This document shows, piece by piece, positions 9,926-19,598 of a DNA stretch of 64,000 nucleotides (position 1 is its first letter; the number at the start of each line of letters is the position of its first letter). A model generated the notes under the pieces. That model was given only the letters and a program-made list of their open reading frames with translations. It did not search any database and was not told the origin of the DNA. Source of the stretch: a virus (lineage: Duplodnaviria > Caudoviricetes); IMG/VR virus record IMGVR_UViG_3300037246_001058, positions 2,020 through 66,019 of that record; one strand, 5' to 3'. The translations under genes and the position numbers were made by a program.

Positions 9926-10002
9926 TGGAGCCCTCGGAGGGAGTCGAACCCCCGACCCGCTGCTTACAAGGCAGCCGCTCTGGCCAGCTGAGCTACAAGG
10001 GC
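9926..10002 (-). tRNA. tRNA-Thr (anticodon UGU)
   Basis: 77-nt cloverleaf: GCCCTTG/CGAGGGC acceptor stem, anticodon arm GCTGC-CTTGTAA-GCAGC, TTCGA T-loop, encoded CCA. Confidence 0.96.
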
Positions 10003-10016
10003 TGTGTAAATCGGTA

Positions 10017-10118
10017 GGGGAGGACCGGTATTCTCAGAGGGCTCCGGCCTTCAATCCGTTTGCCCCCGGAAGATCGGGAATCTACCCTCACTCCACTTAG
10101 CTGTAACCAGCCCTCCCC
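10017..10118 (-). ncRNA. Candidate ~100-nt structured RNA upstream of tRNA
   Basis: Ends GGGGAGGGCTGGT and ACCGGTCCTCCCC form a 13-bp stem with two G-U pairs on the minus strand; internal GAGGG/CCCTC stem. Confidence 0.4.
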
Positions 10119-11449
10119 CAAACCTTGTCGGGATTGCTTCCTTGCTGCACCGGCCGAATCCATGCCCGGAGCACTGCTCTCATGAACACTCTCGGCTGTT
10201 CTGCCTCCTGCTCGATGCCGATCTCATCCATATCATTCTTGAGGCGAGTTCCCTGCCCCTATCAGGAGTTCAGGAGTTCATACCTCCTGTTTCTGCTCTT
10301 CTGGAACAAGCAAGACACTCTTCGTCCCGAAGGGACACCTTCCTTGATTGCTTGTTGGTTCAGTCGCGATCCGGCTGTTCCTGTTGCGCAAGCTGTTTTG
10401 CCTGTAGTGCCCTGTTTCTCCTGTGCTCCTTCACCTGTAGGATAGCACATTCTTGTGCCACTTGGGGAGTTTTGTTGTCAAGTACCCCTATATTTGTTTG
10501 TGAAAATAGTTTATATGATATTTTGAAAAATGTTTTGAGTGGAATAATACGTACTTTACAGGCGCGCGCGCCCACACAAAGGGGGGGCACCCCCCTCGGG
10601 GCATTTCCCGGGGGAACAATCCGTCCCCGGGGGAAAACCATGCAATCCGCATGCCAAGCCTGCTCATTTCGATGCCTTTGGAACTATCGAAGTACTATTC
10701 CGAGCCCCCCTGCTCTCCCTCTCGCGGTCCGCTAGACCCTACTCAATCGCTCCCTCTAACCGAACACAAGGCACGCCCCAGGGGTGTATTGATCCATTCG
10801 AATGCACTGATGCAGAGCCCTACGATCCTCTGTGAGCGACGACTCTCGGAGGTGTGCCTAGGGTACCTACCCTACCATAAGTCCCAGCACAGAGGACTTG
10901 CCTACTTATGAATCCCCGCAGGCGTGGGCCTCTAGGTCTATTAGGGACGGTCCACTAGCACGCAAGTATCCCCACGGGCAGTGGCCCTCAAACTATCTTA
11001 TAATAACGTGAACCATCTGGCTCTAGTAGGTTACTCTCTTGACATGCGCCACTTGACTCTCTCCACCGATTCGCCCTTGCTCTCCGAGCATGCATCCGGC
11101 ACGGTCCTCTGTATAGAGGTCAAGCCGAACGTTCGCAATCGGACAAGGCAGACCATGCGGGTCAAGGGTAAGAATGACAGGGACGGCAAGCGCAAGAGGG
11201 CCGCCGAGAATCGCGCTGACTATGCCGTCCAGCAACGACTCTCCATGCCCGATGTGTTCAAGCGCTACGGCCCCATCCTTGAGGAGCTACCGCCCGAGGT
11301 TCGCGCCGATTGGATAGAACGACTCATCTCAGCCCCCCACGAACGAGGCCCGCTTTCTAAGTGGTCATGGGCTGTCAGTAGAAAAATGCGCTCACACTGG
11401 AAGCGTGCCGCCGCTATTGCGGACCGGCGCAAGCTGTGCTAGCGTAGCT

Positions 11450-11610
11450 TAGACTCACCAAGCCCCACGAGACAGTGGGCGGATTTAACGTGCATGCTTC
11501 AGCGCTGCACTTCAGCCCCTGCGGGGGTGTTATCGGTCCCTTCGGGGACCATGAGTGTCCAGTCAATTCTGACTGGCCTCGCTGTTGGGGTCTAGTAGAC
11601 CTCAACGGAT
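11450..11610 (+). ncRNA. Multi-hairpin leader upstream of first early gene
   Basis: Serial hairpins GTGCA..TGCAC (11490-11510), GGTCCC-TTCG-GGGACC (11535-11550), CCAGTCA-ATTC-TGACTGG (11559-11576) and the motif hairpin (11582-11608). Confidence 0.45.
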
Positions 11611-11622
11611 GGAAACTACAAC

Positions 11623-12318
11623 ATGTCAAATACTTACGAATTGAATTCCAAGACGGTCAGCGCCCTCAATACCTTCCGAGCCACTGCGGCTAAAGGATTG
11701 AATGCCAACGGGTTCTTTGCTGCGGGTATCGCGGACGAATACAAGGTCTGCATGGCTGCAGGCAAGGAATCAACAGGCGCATTCAAGCGGGCTCTTGTCA
11801 AGGCTAGTATTGCGGCGGACAAGGCAGACGCCAAGGCAGCGGACACGCCCTTCGGGGACTGGCCGGTGTCGCGGCATGCCAAAGTGGCCAACTTGGAGAA
11901 GGATCTCAAGGTCTACGTGACTCGGTTCCTTGGGAATGAAGAGTACGAGGCCCTCGGGTTCGAACCAACGGGCGCCGGACTTCTCAAGCTCCTCAAGGAT
12001 GAAAGCCTTGTGAACGGAGTACTCTGGGATCGGTTCTACTACAAGAAGACCGCCGCTGGCAAGGTGACGGCAACCAAGAATCGGAAGGCAAAGCAGGCCA
12101 AAGTGGCCGCGAAGAAAGCAAAGCTGGTAACTCAGACGATCGAAGGCACGGACGCTCCGAGCACGCGGTCACCGGCTGAGTTGGTGGCCATGTTCCTGAT
12201 CCAGATGGCCAAAGGCGGCGACGTTGACGTCACTGAGCTGTACGAGGAAACGGGCAACGTGATCGAGGATTTCCTGGCCTCAATCTCGGACGAGAAGGCA
12301 GCCGCAGTCAACGGCTAA
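11623..12318 (+). CDS. First early gene, hypothetical protein
   Basis: 231 aa, Ala/Lys-rich, follows a palindrome copy and a GGA RBS. Confidence 0.75.
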   Translation: MSNTYELNSKTVSALNTFRATAAKGLNANGFFAAGIADEYKVCMAAGKESTGAFKRALVKASIAADKADAKAADTPFGDWPVSRHAKVANLEKDLKVYVTRFLGNEEYEALGFEPTGAGLLKLLKDESLVNGVLWDRFYYKKTAAGKVTATKNRKAKQAKVAAKKAKLVTQTIEGTDAPSTRSPAELVAMFLIQMAKGGDVDVTELYEETGNVIEDFLASISDEKAAAVNG

Positions 12319-12406
12319 GCTGGATTGACAGATAGTGGTATCGCTAGGGTCTGCTAGACCCTGGCGGTATCTCATCTGGCAATACGCTAGAACGAGGAGT
12401 AATCAG

Positions 12407-12658
12407 ATGGTTTACACTTTCAACACGGGCACGCGGATAGAACGCAACGTGACTCAGAACAGGCCTGGCCGAGAGCGGCGGACCGCCTTCGGTAGGCGAC
12501 AAGTACAGCGGCGAGAGTCGCTACAGATGCCCATGGACGAGCTGGCCAGTATCAAAGCTGGCCGTGAGTATGCGAGCGGATTCAACAGCGGCATGATCGT
12601 GGGGCTGTGCGCCGGAGCGTTTATGGCCTCCGTCATCGCCCTTATTCTTGGGGTCTAG
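12407..12658 (+). CDS. Hypothetical protein, C-terminal TM
   Basis: GAGGAG RBS, ATG at 12407; stop TAG lies inside palindrome copy 12651. Confidence 0.6.
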   Translation: MVYTFNTGTRIERNVTQNRPGRERRTAFGRRQVQRRESLQMPMDELASIKAGREYASGFNSGMIVGLCAGAFMASVIALILGV

Positions 12659-12681
12659 TAGACCCTGAAAGGAGCAACCAA

Positions 12682-12891
12682 ATGGGTGAGATACTACTTG
12701 CCACGATTCTTATACCGGTCTACCTCCCCATGTATGCGCTTGTGTTGGTGTTCGACGCACTGTGGAGCTTGGGCTTCCCGTCCTACGTCAACGTGCTAAT
12801 TGTCATGTTCGCGCCCGTAATCGCGATCAACGTCGTCGGAGAGATCTACGAAAAACTCAGGGTCTACTGGACCATGAAAGGAACGTCATGA
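12682..12891 (+). CDS. Small membrane protein
   Basis: AAGGAG RBS after palindrome; two hydrophobic segments; reads through copy 12860. Confidence 0.6.
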   Translation: MGEILLATILIPVYLPMYALVLVFDALWSLGFPSYVNVLIVMFAPVIAINVVGEIYEKLRVYWTMKGTS

Positions 12892-13136
12892 AGAGTATCG
12901 TACTGCTACTGGCTCTGACGCTAGCCGGAGACGCGAGCGCAGCTTGCTTCTTCGGAGTGTGCACGAGCTACAATTCGTGCGTGGCCGACCGAATGGATGA
13001 CGGCAAGCCCCGGGGTATCGCGCGCCAGATCTGCGAGCTGAAGGGCTACGAGGACCCGCGCAAGGCGAGGCTGAAGGCTGAGGAGGCGGAGCGCAAGCGC
13101 CAGGCCGACCTTGACTACTATCAATACGAACACTAG
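12888..13136 (+). CDS. Small secreted Cys-containing protein
   Basis: MKSIVLLLALTLAGDASA signal-like sequence; stop TAG ends on the first G of copy 13136. Confidence 0.6.
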   Translation: MKSIVLLLALTLAGDASAACFFGVCTSYNSCVADRMDDGKPRGIARQICELKGYEDPRKARLKAEEAERKRQADLDYYQYEH

Positions 13137-13163
13137 GGTCTAGTAGACCATGGAAGGAACGTC

Positions 13164-13322
13164 ATGATAAGACAGATCGTAGTCGCCATCGCCCGCAGGT
13201 TGTGGGCCATCGAACAGAAGGGCTTCATCGTCTACCTCGGAGTCATGTTCGCCGTGTTCACCCTCATGGGGATGGGCATACTTGGGGACATGTTCGTGGT
13301 ACCGGGAGGTTGGGAAGAATGA
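13164..13322 (+). CDS. Small membrane protein (52 aa)
   Basis: Hand-translated MIRQIVVAIARRLWAIEQKGFIVYLGVMFAVFTLMG...; AAGGA RBS after palindrome. Confidence 0.5.
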   Translation: MIRQIVVAIARRLWAIEQKGFIVYLGVMFAVFTLMGMGILGDMFVVPGGWEE

Positions 13323-13467
13323 TGCCGCTGAACGACATGATTGAACGCTGGACGTGCTCGCAGTGCGGACACAAGCAGCTACCCTACGTGTGGACTGATG
13401 GTGAGGTTGCGTACCATCACTGCGCCAACTGCAGGTTCAGGAAATATCTGGGCCGGAAGGATGAAGT

Positions 13468-13686
13468 ATGCCACGACAAAAGCTAGCACCGTTCAGCATC
13501 ATGCTCACAGAGCAGGAGGCAGAGCACTTGATCGACCTACTGCGCGCAGCTGGTCACTTTCAGGACCTCATCTTCGCGCAACACATCGGTGATAACCTTG
13601 ATGCGCAAGTGATGTATCAATTTCAGGGTCTAGTAGACCCCAACGAGGAGCAACAGGATGAAGAAGATACGAGTACCGAAGCGTAA
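13468..13686 (+). CDS. Hypothetical protein
   Basis: 72 aa; C-terminus reads through palindrome copy 13626 as QGLVDP. Confidence 0.45.
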   Translation: MPRQKLAPFSIMLTEQEAEHLIDLLRAAGHFQDLIFAQHIGDNLDAQVMYQFQGLVDPNEEQQDEEDTSTEA

Positions 13687-14089
13687 CCGAGGGACGTGGG
13701 CATTCCCACTCCTCATCATTGCAACCATGCTGATGGCGGCACACATCGCCGACGCAAGCGGCTGTTCGGATGACATGGCTGATCTGAAGGAGAGTCACGC
13801 TCTCCACACCACGTTCCGGGCCTATGGTGCCGAGGCACTAGACCGCAACGAGCAGCTCAAGTGGTCCTTCTATGTCGGCAAGCTCATCGGAGTCACGAGC
13901 CTGCAGTTGGCGCACACTAAGTGCGAGCAGGATGGAGACATATCACCCAACATGGTGCATGATGCGATGGGCCCATACTTTGCCAGCGCTGACATGAAGG
14001 CCCTTATACGCGAGCTTGGTGATACAACCAAGTGTGACATCATCCTCATCGCAGCCGTCACCGAAGAGCTGGCGTGCAAGGATAACTAG
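13658..14089 (+). CDS. Secreted/exported hypothetical protein
   Basis: GAGGAG RBS, basic N-terminus followed by a hydrophobic signal. Confidence 0.6.
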   Translation: MKKIRVPKRNRGTWAFPLLIIATMLMAAHIADASGCSDDMADLKESHALHTTFRAYGAEALDRNEQLKWSFYVGKLIGVTSLQLAHTKCEQDGDISPNMVHDAMGPYFASADMKALIRELGDTTKCDIILIAAVTEELACKDN

Positions 14090-14241
14090 CATGAGACAAG
14101 GACGCAGTAGCTGGGACAGGCGACAGCACGTGAGGTTCGCGCGCAAGATCGACTGGTGCCTCATCATCACAACCACGTTCATTCTGGGTGCCTTCATCGG
14201 GTACTTTATCGGAGTGATGGAAGGATAGGGTCTAGTAGACC

Positions 14242-14691
14242 ATGAAAGAACTATTGGAATGGATGCAGGACCGCAGCATTGAGATAGGCATGACCTCGCA
14301 CTCGCTGAGATCTGGCTGGATGCTGCCCGATGGCCTCATCTTCTCGAAGAGAGGGAGGCATCAGCATACTGATCTGCTGCACGGGCCTGAGTACGGCCAG
14401 GTTGAGGCATTCAACGATGGATCGGTGCGACTGTGCATGGATCCACGAGGAGAGCTGTGTCTACAGTGGGCTGGTGTGATGACCGCAGCACAACGGAGAG
14501 AGGTGCTCTCCATCATGGTGACTGCGACGATGCTGCGTGTGTCAAGCTCGAAGGATGGGTACGACCCTGAGATAGAGTACGAGGAGGAGGAGCGCAAATT
14601 CGTCATCGAGGAGAGGACCATCCAACCATCGGACAAGCGTGGAGTGCAACGGGCAATCAGGCTCGACATGGGTGAGGCGAGAGAGTACTAA
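14242..14691 (+). CDS. Hypothetical protein
   Basis: 149 aa; the A of ATG is the last base of palindrome copy 14228. Confidence 0.6.
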   Translation: MKELLEWMQDRSIEIGMTSHSLRSGWMLPDGLIFSKRGRHQHTDLLHGPEYGQVEAFNDGSVRLCMDPRGELCLQWAGVMTAAQRREVLSIMVTATMLRVSSSKDGYDPEIEYEEEERKFVIEERTIQPSDKRGVQRAIRLDMGEAREY

Positions 14692-14692
14692 C

Positions 14693-15037
14693 ATGGATGA
14701 ATATGAGATCAAGAACGCCACGATAGAGAACATCAGGATACACATGGAGCGGGGCTTCATAGTCACGATCAGCATCACCCTCGACTACGGTGGAGCTGGT
14801 CAATCATTCGGTGGATACATGCTTGCGCACAAGGACCGGGGACCAACGCCACACCTCGCAGCGTGGGTACTCGGGCTGATGGAGGTATTCAAGGTTGATG
14901 ACATCATGAAGCTGAAGGGCAAGCCGTGTCGAGCAGAGGCCTCGCACTGCAAGGTCAAGCGCATCGGACACTTCACCGATGACCGATGGTTTGATCCAGA
15001 AGAAGTGAACCAGGGTCTAGTAGACCCCAACAACTAG
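14693..15037 (+). CDS. Conserved phage hypothetical protein
   Basis: IKNATI...LDYGGAGQSFGGY...LKGKPCR...IGHF...WFDP pattern; reads through copy 15013. Confidence 0.65.
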   Translation: MDEYEIKNATIENIRIHMERGFIVTISITLDYGGAGQSFGGYMLAHKDRGPTPHLAAWVLGLMEVFKVDDIMKLKGKPCRAEASHCKVKRIGHFTDDRWFDPEEVNQGLVDPNN

Positions 15038-15045
15038 GAGATAGT

Positions 15046-15594
15046 ATGTTCAATAAGTATACTGAGTATACTGTGCGCAATAGCGGGGCCAGGGTGCATG
15101 CTGGCGCCCACATCACGGACAGCGCAACGCTGTGCACCGGGGTGGTGATACACTCGGACGCGAACGTGATGCACTTCGCACACCTCTCGGCAGGCTGCCG
15201 TGTTGGCCAGCGGTCACGCATCGGCATGTATGCCTTCGTCGGGGAGAATGCAGTCATCACGCAGGACGTGAAGGTGGGCAACCGAGTCAAGATAGGGAGC
15301 GGGGCCTTCCTTGGCCTTGGATGCAGTGTGGCTGCCGGTGTTGATATCTCAGAGAACAGCGAGATCGAGGCGGATCATCACATCACGCAGGATACGATCG
15401 CCATCACTGGACTGTCGTACAACTGCACACTCACAGAGTTCGGCATCAAGCTGGGCTGCAACCCGCCACGATTCCCGGCTGAGTTCCGTGCGATCAAGGA
15501 CCTGGCCTCGTTGGGCGTGCATGGTGATAACAAGTACCGAGAGAACCTCAACGCAGTGCTTGTGTTGTGGGAATCGTACTTCACCTTCAACTAG
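15046..15594 (+). CDS. Hexapeptide-repeat (left-handed beta-helix) protein
   Basis: Repeated [VI]GxxxxIG hexapeptides (VGQRSRIGMYAFVGENAVI...VGNRVKIGSGAFLG); bounded by two palindrome copies. Confidence 0.8.
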   Translation: MFNKYTEYTVRNSGARVHAGAHITDSATLCTGVVIHSDANVMHFAHLSAGCRVGQRSRIGMYAFVGENAVITQDVKVGNRVKIGSGAFLGLGCSVAAGVDISENSEIEADHHITQDTIAITGLSYNCTLTEFGIKLGCNPPRFPAEFRAIKDLASLGVHGDNKYRENLNAVLVLWESYFTFN

Positions 15595-15621
15595 GGTCTA
15601 CTGGACCCCAGGGAGTAGCAA

Positions 15622-15903
15622 ATGAAGACACTACATGACGGTCAGATCATGGCCGCAGACGTATACCTGAGGTACGGGTTCCGTCGCATCACGGAGATCG
15701 ACAAGAGCACAGCGCTGGGATTGCTCAATGAATCCCCGCACTTGAAGGACTTCTATTCCGACAAGCTAACTCGACTACCGAGGGCGGACACCATCATTGG
15801 GATGAAGAATATGTACGCATTCAAGTCGCACATCCAGCGGCTCTGGATCTACCGACTCAACCGACTATACTGGTTGGCGGAGGAACCGAAGGATGGGGTG
15901 TGA
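15622..15903 (+). CDS. Hypothetical protein
   Basis: GGGAG RBS after palindrome. Confidence 0.55.
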   Translation: MKTLHDGQIMAADVYLRYGFRRITEIDKSTALGLLNESPHLKDFYSDKLTRLPRADTIIGMKNMYAFKSHIQRLWIYRLNRLYWLAEEPKDGV

Positions 15904-16741
15904 CCCGCACAAACCACCGCCATGCACATGGGATACTTTCTGTAAGGTATTGGAGCAATACCACAAGCACGACCCCATATTCACATCACATCCACTCGGG
16001 TCAAAGAGCCTGGCGTGGAAGGAGCATTACATGAGAAATGAAAACGTGAACCGACACATCGGCAGGCTAGAGCTGGAGTGGGACGATAGCGACGGCGAGT
16101 GGGTTGACCCCGAAGGGGATGACGCTTGCAACAACGTGCTGTGCGGTGATGACTCGGATCGCTTCATCCCTGAAGCGTGGCGCGAGGAAACGGGTGAGAT
16201 AGTGTTGTCAGTGTACGAGAACGGCGCGGATGTTCCGCGCAGCATGGAGCGGCGCTCGGTCGTATTGTTCTACCTCGTGGACCATGAGCGTATCATGGTG
16301 AATAACGACTCTGGTTCGTCGAACTGGTCGTTATTCCCCATCCATGACAGTCTCGACACATTCCTGCGCGAGGGGTGCGAGTGCTCGGCGGGCCACTGCT
16401 ACACGGCAGTCTTTACATCGCCGGGCGAGTCAGACGGGGCGGTGTCAGTGACCAAGCGACGGCGCATTGTGATTGACGTCGAGGTGACCGTCGAGCTGGA
16501 CCATGAAGGACGGCCCATCTCATCCCTTGGCAACATACTATATGAAGAGGGATCCAAGATCATCGACAGACTCAAGAACAACCCGCACTTCAGCCAGATC
16601 AAGAACCACAAGTGGAACGTGGACCACATGGTGCTCGACGAAATCGGGGCAGTCGTCTCGGGTGACAACGACGATGACTACCTCAAATTCAATGACCGTC
16701 CCGGCGTATGGTCCGGCGACAGAATCAACAAGAGAGGATAA
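15893..16741 (+). CDS. Acidic hypothetical protein (start 15893 or 16031)
   Basis: Long ORF in the plus-strand operon; AAGGAG precedes the ATG at 16031. Confidence 0.55.
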   Translation: MGCDPHKPPPCTWDTFCKVLEQYHKHDPIFTSHPLGSKSLAWKEHYMRNENVNRHIGRLELEWDDSDGEWVDPEGDDACNNVLCGDDSDRFIPEAWREETGEIVLSVYENGADVPRSMERRSVVLFYLVDHERIMVNNDSGSSNWSLFPIHDSLDTFLREGCECSAGHCYTAVFTSPGESDGAVSVTKRRRIVIDVEVTVELDHEGRPISSLGNILYEEGSKIIDRLKNNPHFSQIKNHKWNVDHMVLDEIGAVVSGDNDDDYLKFNDRPGVWSGDRINKRG

Positions 16742-16742
16742 T

Positions 16743-17033
16743 ATGTGTAAGACAGAAGATCTAGCTCACCTGCTAGGCAAGATCGAGACGAGTGAACACA
16801 TCGAACAGGAGGGCGATGATGTGTACCTCCTGCTCTATGATGATGCGTGCGAGTGGACGTATTGGGATGGGGAAAAGGCCGTCAAGGGCAGGCACTGCAG
16901 CAGCTGCGATGACCTGTCCAAGGCGGTGCAGCTACAGGACATGAAGGTCAAGCTCGTTCAGATGTTCGGGACCAAGATGTATCAGGCCAGGCTACACGTA
17001 GCCAACCACAGGTACGACCGACACGACTGGTAG
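16743..17033 (+). CDS. Hypothetical protein
   Basis: GAGGA RBS; stop TAG ends on the first G of copy 17033. Confidence 0.6.
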   Translation: MCKTEDLAHLLGKIETSEHIEQEGDDVYLLLYDDACEWTYWDGEKAVKGRHCSSCDDLSKAVQLQDMKVKLVQMFGTKMYQARLHVANHRYDRHDW

Positions 17034-17060
17034 GGTCTACTAGACCCTGAAGGAGACAGT

Positions 17061-17405
17061 ATGAAGATAGACTACGCTAGACTTAGTGACCATGAGCTTC
17101 AGGTTGCCGTCGAAGTGATGGACATCAACTGGCACGACGTGATGAAAGGGAAGGATGCTGACTACCACTGCATGGTGTGCGGGACCGTGTGCCCCGCTCC
17201 AGCCCCGGACTTCGTAAAGGACTACGTGTTCGAGCGGAGTCGGGCAGTGGAGGAGCAACAGCGCAGGCTGCACGGCCCAGACGCGGGGAACTACGTCTCC
17301 CCGATGACCGATGAGGAGATAGATGCGAGCTTCGAGCGGGCATCCGATGCGTGGGCACGGCGAGCCGCAGCGCAGCTTGAGGCCACGGAGGACAGTGATG
17401 GATAA
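17061..17405 (+). CDS. Hypothetical protein
   Basis: AAGGAG RBS after palindrome. Confidence 0.6.
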   Translation: MKIDYARLSDHELQVAVEVMDINWHDVMKGKDADYHCMVCGTVCPAPAPDFVKDYVFERSRAVEEQQRRLHGPDAGNYVSPMTDEEIDASFERASDAWARRAAAQLEATEDSDG

Positions 17406-17700
17406 GACTGTAGACATGCATCGCAAGATGCGCATACAGATGGACATCGGGGGCAGGCGCGTGATATGGAATGCCAAGCTGACCGACGTCATCAACGGGA
17501 CCGTGTTCAAGGAGGAGGTGATCGCAGTTGACGAGCTGACCTTCGATACGGTACCATCAGATGCTATCGCTGACGCAAAGCGCGTCGGCTCTGCCGTAGA
17601 GGCTGTGTTCTGCGCGCTGAGTGAGCACATGCCAGCCCGCATCATGATAGATGTGACCAACTACAACCACGACGAGTGGGAAACGGAGACTCTCCAATGA
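17398..17700 (+). CDS. Hypothetical protein
   Basis: GGAGG RBS; overlaps neighbours. Confidence 0.55.
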   Translation: MDKTVDMHRKMRIQMDIGGRRVIWNAKLTDVINGTVFKEEVIAVDELTFDTVPSDAIADAKRVGSAVEAVFCALSEHMPARIMIDVTNYNHDEWETETLQ

Positions 17701-18134
17701 GAAAGATCGTCAACCTTATTGCATCCTTTGTGCCATGGAGGGAGGGCGGAACGTATGTCCTCCGAGATGAGCAGAAGGACATGATGGTGTGCGTGGGGGA
17801 CACGGCCAACCTGTTCCTGTTCCCGGAACACAACCTCCTCGATGGCATCAGGGAAGGGGACGAGCGTACCATGTACGTCCAGACCCCACGCCTTGAGCAG
17901 AAGCCAATGGTACCGGAGGCTGGGTTCGGCTGGGAGTACAGCCCGGTGCTCACCTGCTTCATGCTGAACAAGGGCCAGATCATAGTGGGCCAGGATGAGT
18001 TCGCCTTGACTCAGAGGGACGTGTACCCTGCATTCTCAAGGCTAACGGAGGGTGCCATGGGTATTGCCCCCGGCATGAGGTTTCATGTCTGGTTTGCAGC
18101 GCGGGCCACAGTGCCAGGGTCTGGTAGACCATGA
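17697..18134 (+). CDS. Hypothetical protein
   Basis: ATGA-coupled; reads through copy 18117. Confidence 0.55.
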   Translation: MRKIVNLIASFVPWREGGTYVLRDEQKDMMVCVGDTANLFLFPEHNLLDGIREGDERTMYVQTPRLEQKPMVPEAGFGWEYSPVLTCFMLNKGQIIVGQDEFALTQRDVYPAFSRLTEGAMGIAPGMRFHVWFAARATVPGSGRP

Positions 18135-18364
18135 AGAAAGACCTTACTATAGAGGACACTATCACTATCCCAAAGGAGTGGGTCCCGACCCTCATCAAGG
18201 TCATGGGATACGTGACCGACGACCTCGTGGATGACGGGAGCTTCTACAACGACGGAGAGCGCCAGCTCATCAAGGATGTGACCGCCATATCCAGGGGCCT
18301 GGCCATGAGGATGAAGGACGCACCACTCACGGTGCTGCCTCGGACGGGAGAGAACGATGACTGA
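18131..18364 (+). CDS. Hypothetical protein
   Basis: ATG directly follows palindrome; overlaps the rtcB start. Confidence 0.55.
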   Translation: MKKDLTIEDTITIPKEWVPTLIKVMGYVTDDLVDDGSFYNDGERQLIKDVTAISRGLAMRMKDAPLTVLPRTGENDD

Positions 18365-19571
18365 TTACAGAGCGTACTACAACGCACTCCAGAAGGTGCC
18401 AATCAAGGCGTTCACCAAAGGAGTACCGTTCGAAGGGGCAGCACTAGAGCAGGCTGTCAACGTGGCACGACTGCCATTTATCCACAAGCACGTGGCTGTG
18501 ATGCCCGACGTGCACGCTGGGTATGGGTGTACGGTAGGCTCTGTCATCCCAACAGTGGGGGCTATCATCCCCGCTTGTGTTGGTGTTGACATCGGGTGTG
18601 GCATGATGGCTATTCGTACGGGCATGACCTCGCACGACCTGCCGGAGGACCTCGCCGAGTTCAGGGCTGCCATCGAGCACAAGGTACCCGTCGGTCGCAG
18701 TGCCTACGACAACAAGCACATGCCACGGTTGGCCAGGAGTATATGGACCAACCTATTGGCTGGAGGCTATAACAACATCATACACAGGCACCCCGCCATC
18801 AAGCATGAGAAGGTATCGTACCAGATGGGTACGCTGGGCGGAGGCAACCACTTCATCGAGCTGTGTCTCGACGAGGAGGACAGGGTATGGATCATGCTAC
18901 ACTCGGGTAGCAGGGGTGTTGGCAACAGGATAGGCACCTACTTCACACGACTGGCGCGCGAGGACATGGAGAGATTCTTCATCCACCTGCCAGACCGTGA
19001 CCTGGCCTACTTCCCGGAGGGCACGCCGAACTTCGATGACTACATCGAGGCCATGGACTGGGCCCAGGCGTACGCCCTGCATAACCGAAGGACCATGATG
19101 GACACCACCATCATGACACTGGCGGACACGTTTGGGTTGCCGTTCGAGAAGTTGATGGCTCATGACCGGGCCATCAACTGTCATCACAACTACACCACGA
19201 GAGAGCAGCACTTCGGCAAGAACGTGTGGCTCACCCGTAAGGGGGCAGTGTGTGCAAGGCAGGGTGTGATGGGTATCATACCTGGCTCGATGGGTGCCAA
19301 GTCATTCATCGTCGAGGGCAAGGGCAACCCGGACTCGTTCGACTCGTGCTCGCATGGTGCGGGACGGTTGATGAGTCGGACCAAGGCGAAGGCCACGTTC
19401 ACGGTGGCGGACCACGTCAAGGCAACGGAAGGGGTGGAGTGCCGCAAGGATGAGGGCGTGCTCGATGAGACGCCGGGAGCTTACAAAAATATAGATGATG
19501 TGATGGCAGCACAGGATAGCCTTGTGTCCATCAAGCACACGCTCAAAGCTGTGCTCTGTATCAAGGGTTAG
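18357..19571 (+). CDS. rtcB: RtcB family 3'-phosphate/5'-OH RNA ligase
   Basis: Motifs MPDVHAG, VGVDIGCG, GTLGGGNHFIE, LHSGSRG, HHNY, SHGAGR and terminal KG. Confidence 0.96.
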   Translation: MTDYRAYYNALQKVPIKAFTKGVPFEGAALEQAVNVARLPFIHKHVAVMPDVHAGYGCTVGSVIPTVGAIIPACVGVDIGCGMMAIRTGMTSHDLPEDLAEFRAAIEHKVPVGRSAYDNKHMPRLARSIWTNLLAGGYNNIIHRHPAIKHEKVSYQMGTLGGGNHFIELCLDEEDRVWIMLHSGSRGVGNRIGTYFTRLAREDMERFFIHLPDRDLAYFPEGTPNFDDYIEAMDWAQAYALHNRRTMMDTTIMTLADTFGLPFEKLMAHDRAINCHHNYTTREQHFGKNVWLTRKGAVCARQGVMGIIPGSMGAKSFIVEGKGNPDSFDSCSHGAGRLMSRTKAKATFTVADHVKATEGVECRKDEGVLDETPGAYKNIDDVMAAQDSLVSIKHTLKAVLCIKG

Positions 19572-19598
19572 GGTCTAGTAGACCACAAGGAGAATGAG

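Noticed and set aside
10445-10460. Sigma54 promoter TGGCAC-aagaa-TGTGC on the minus strand
   Set aside because: GG-to-GC spacing is one base too long for a -24/-12 promoter.
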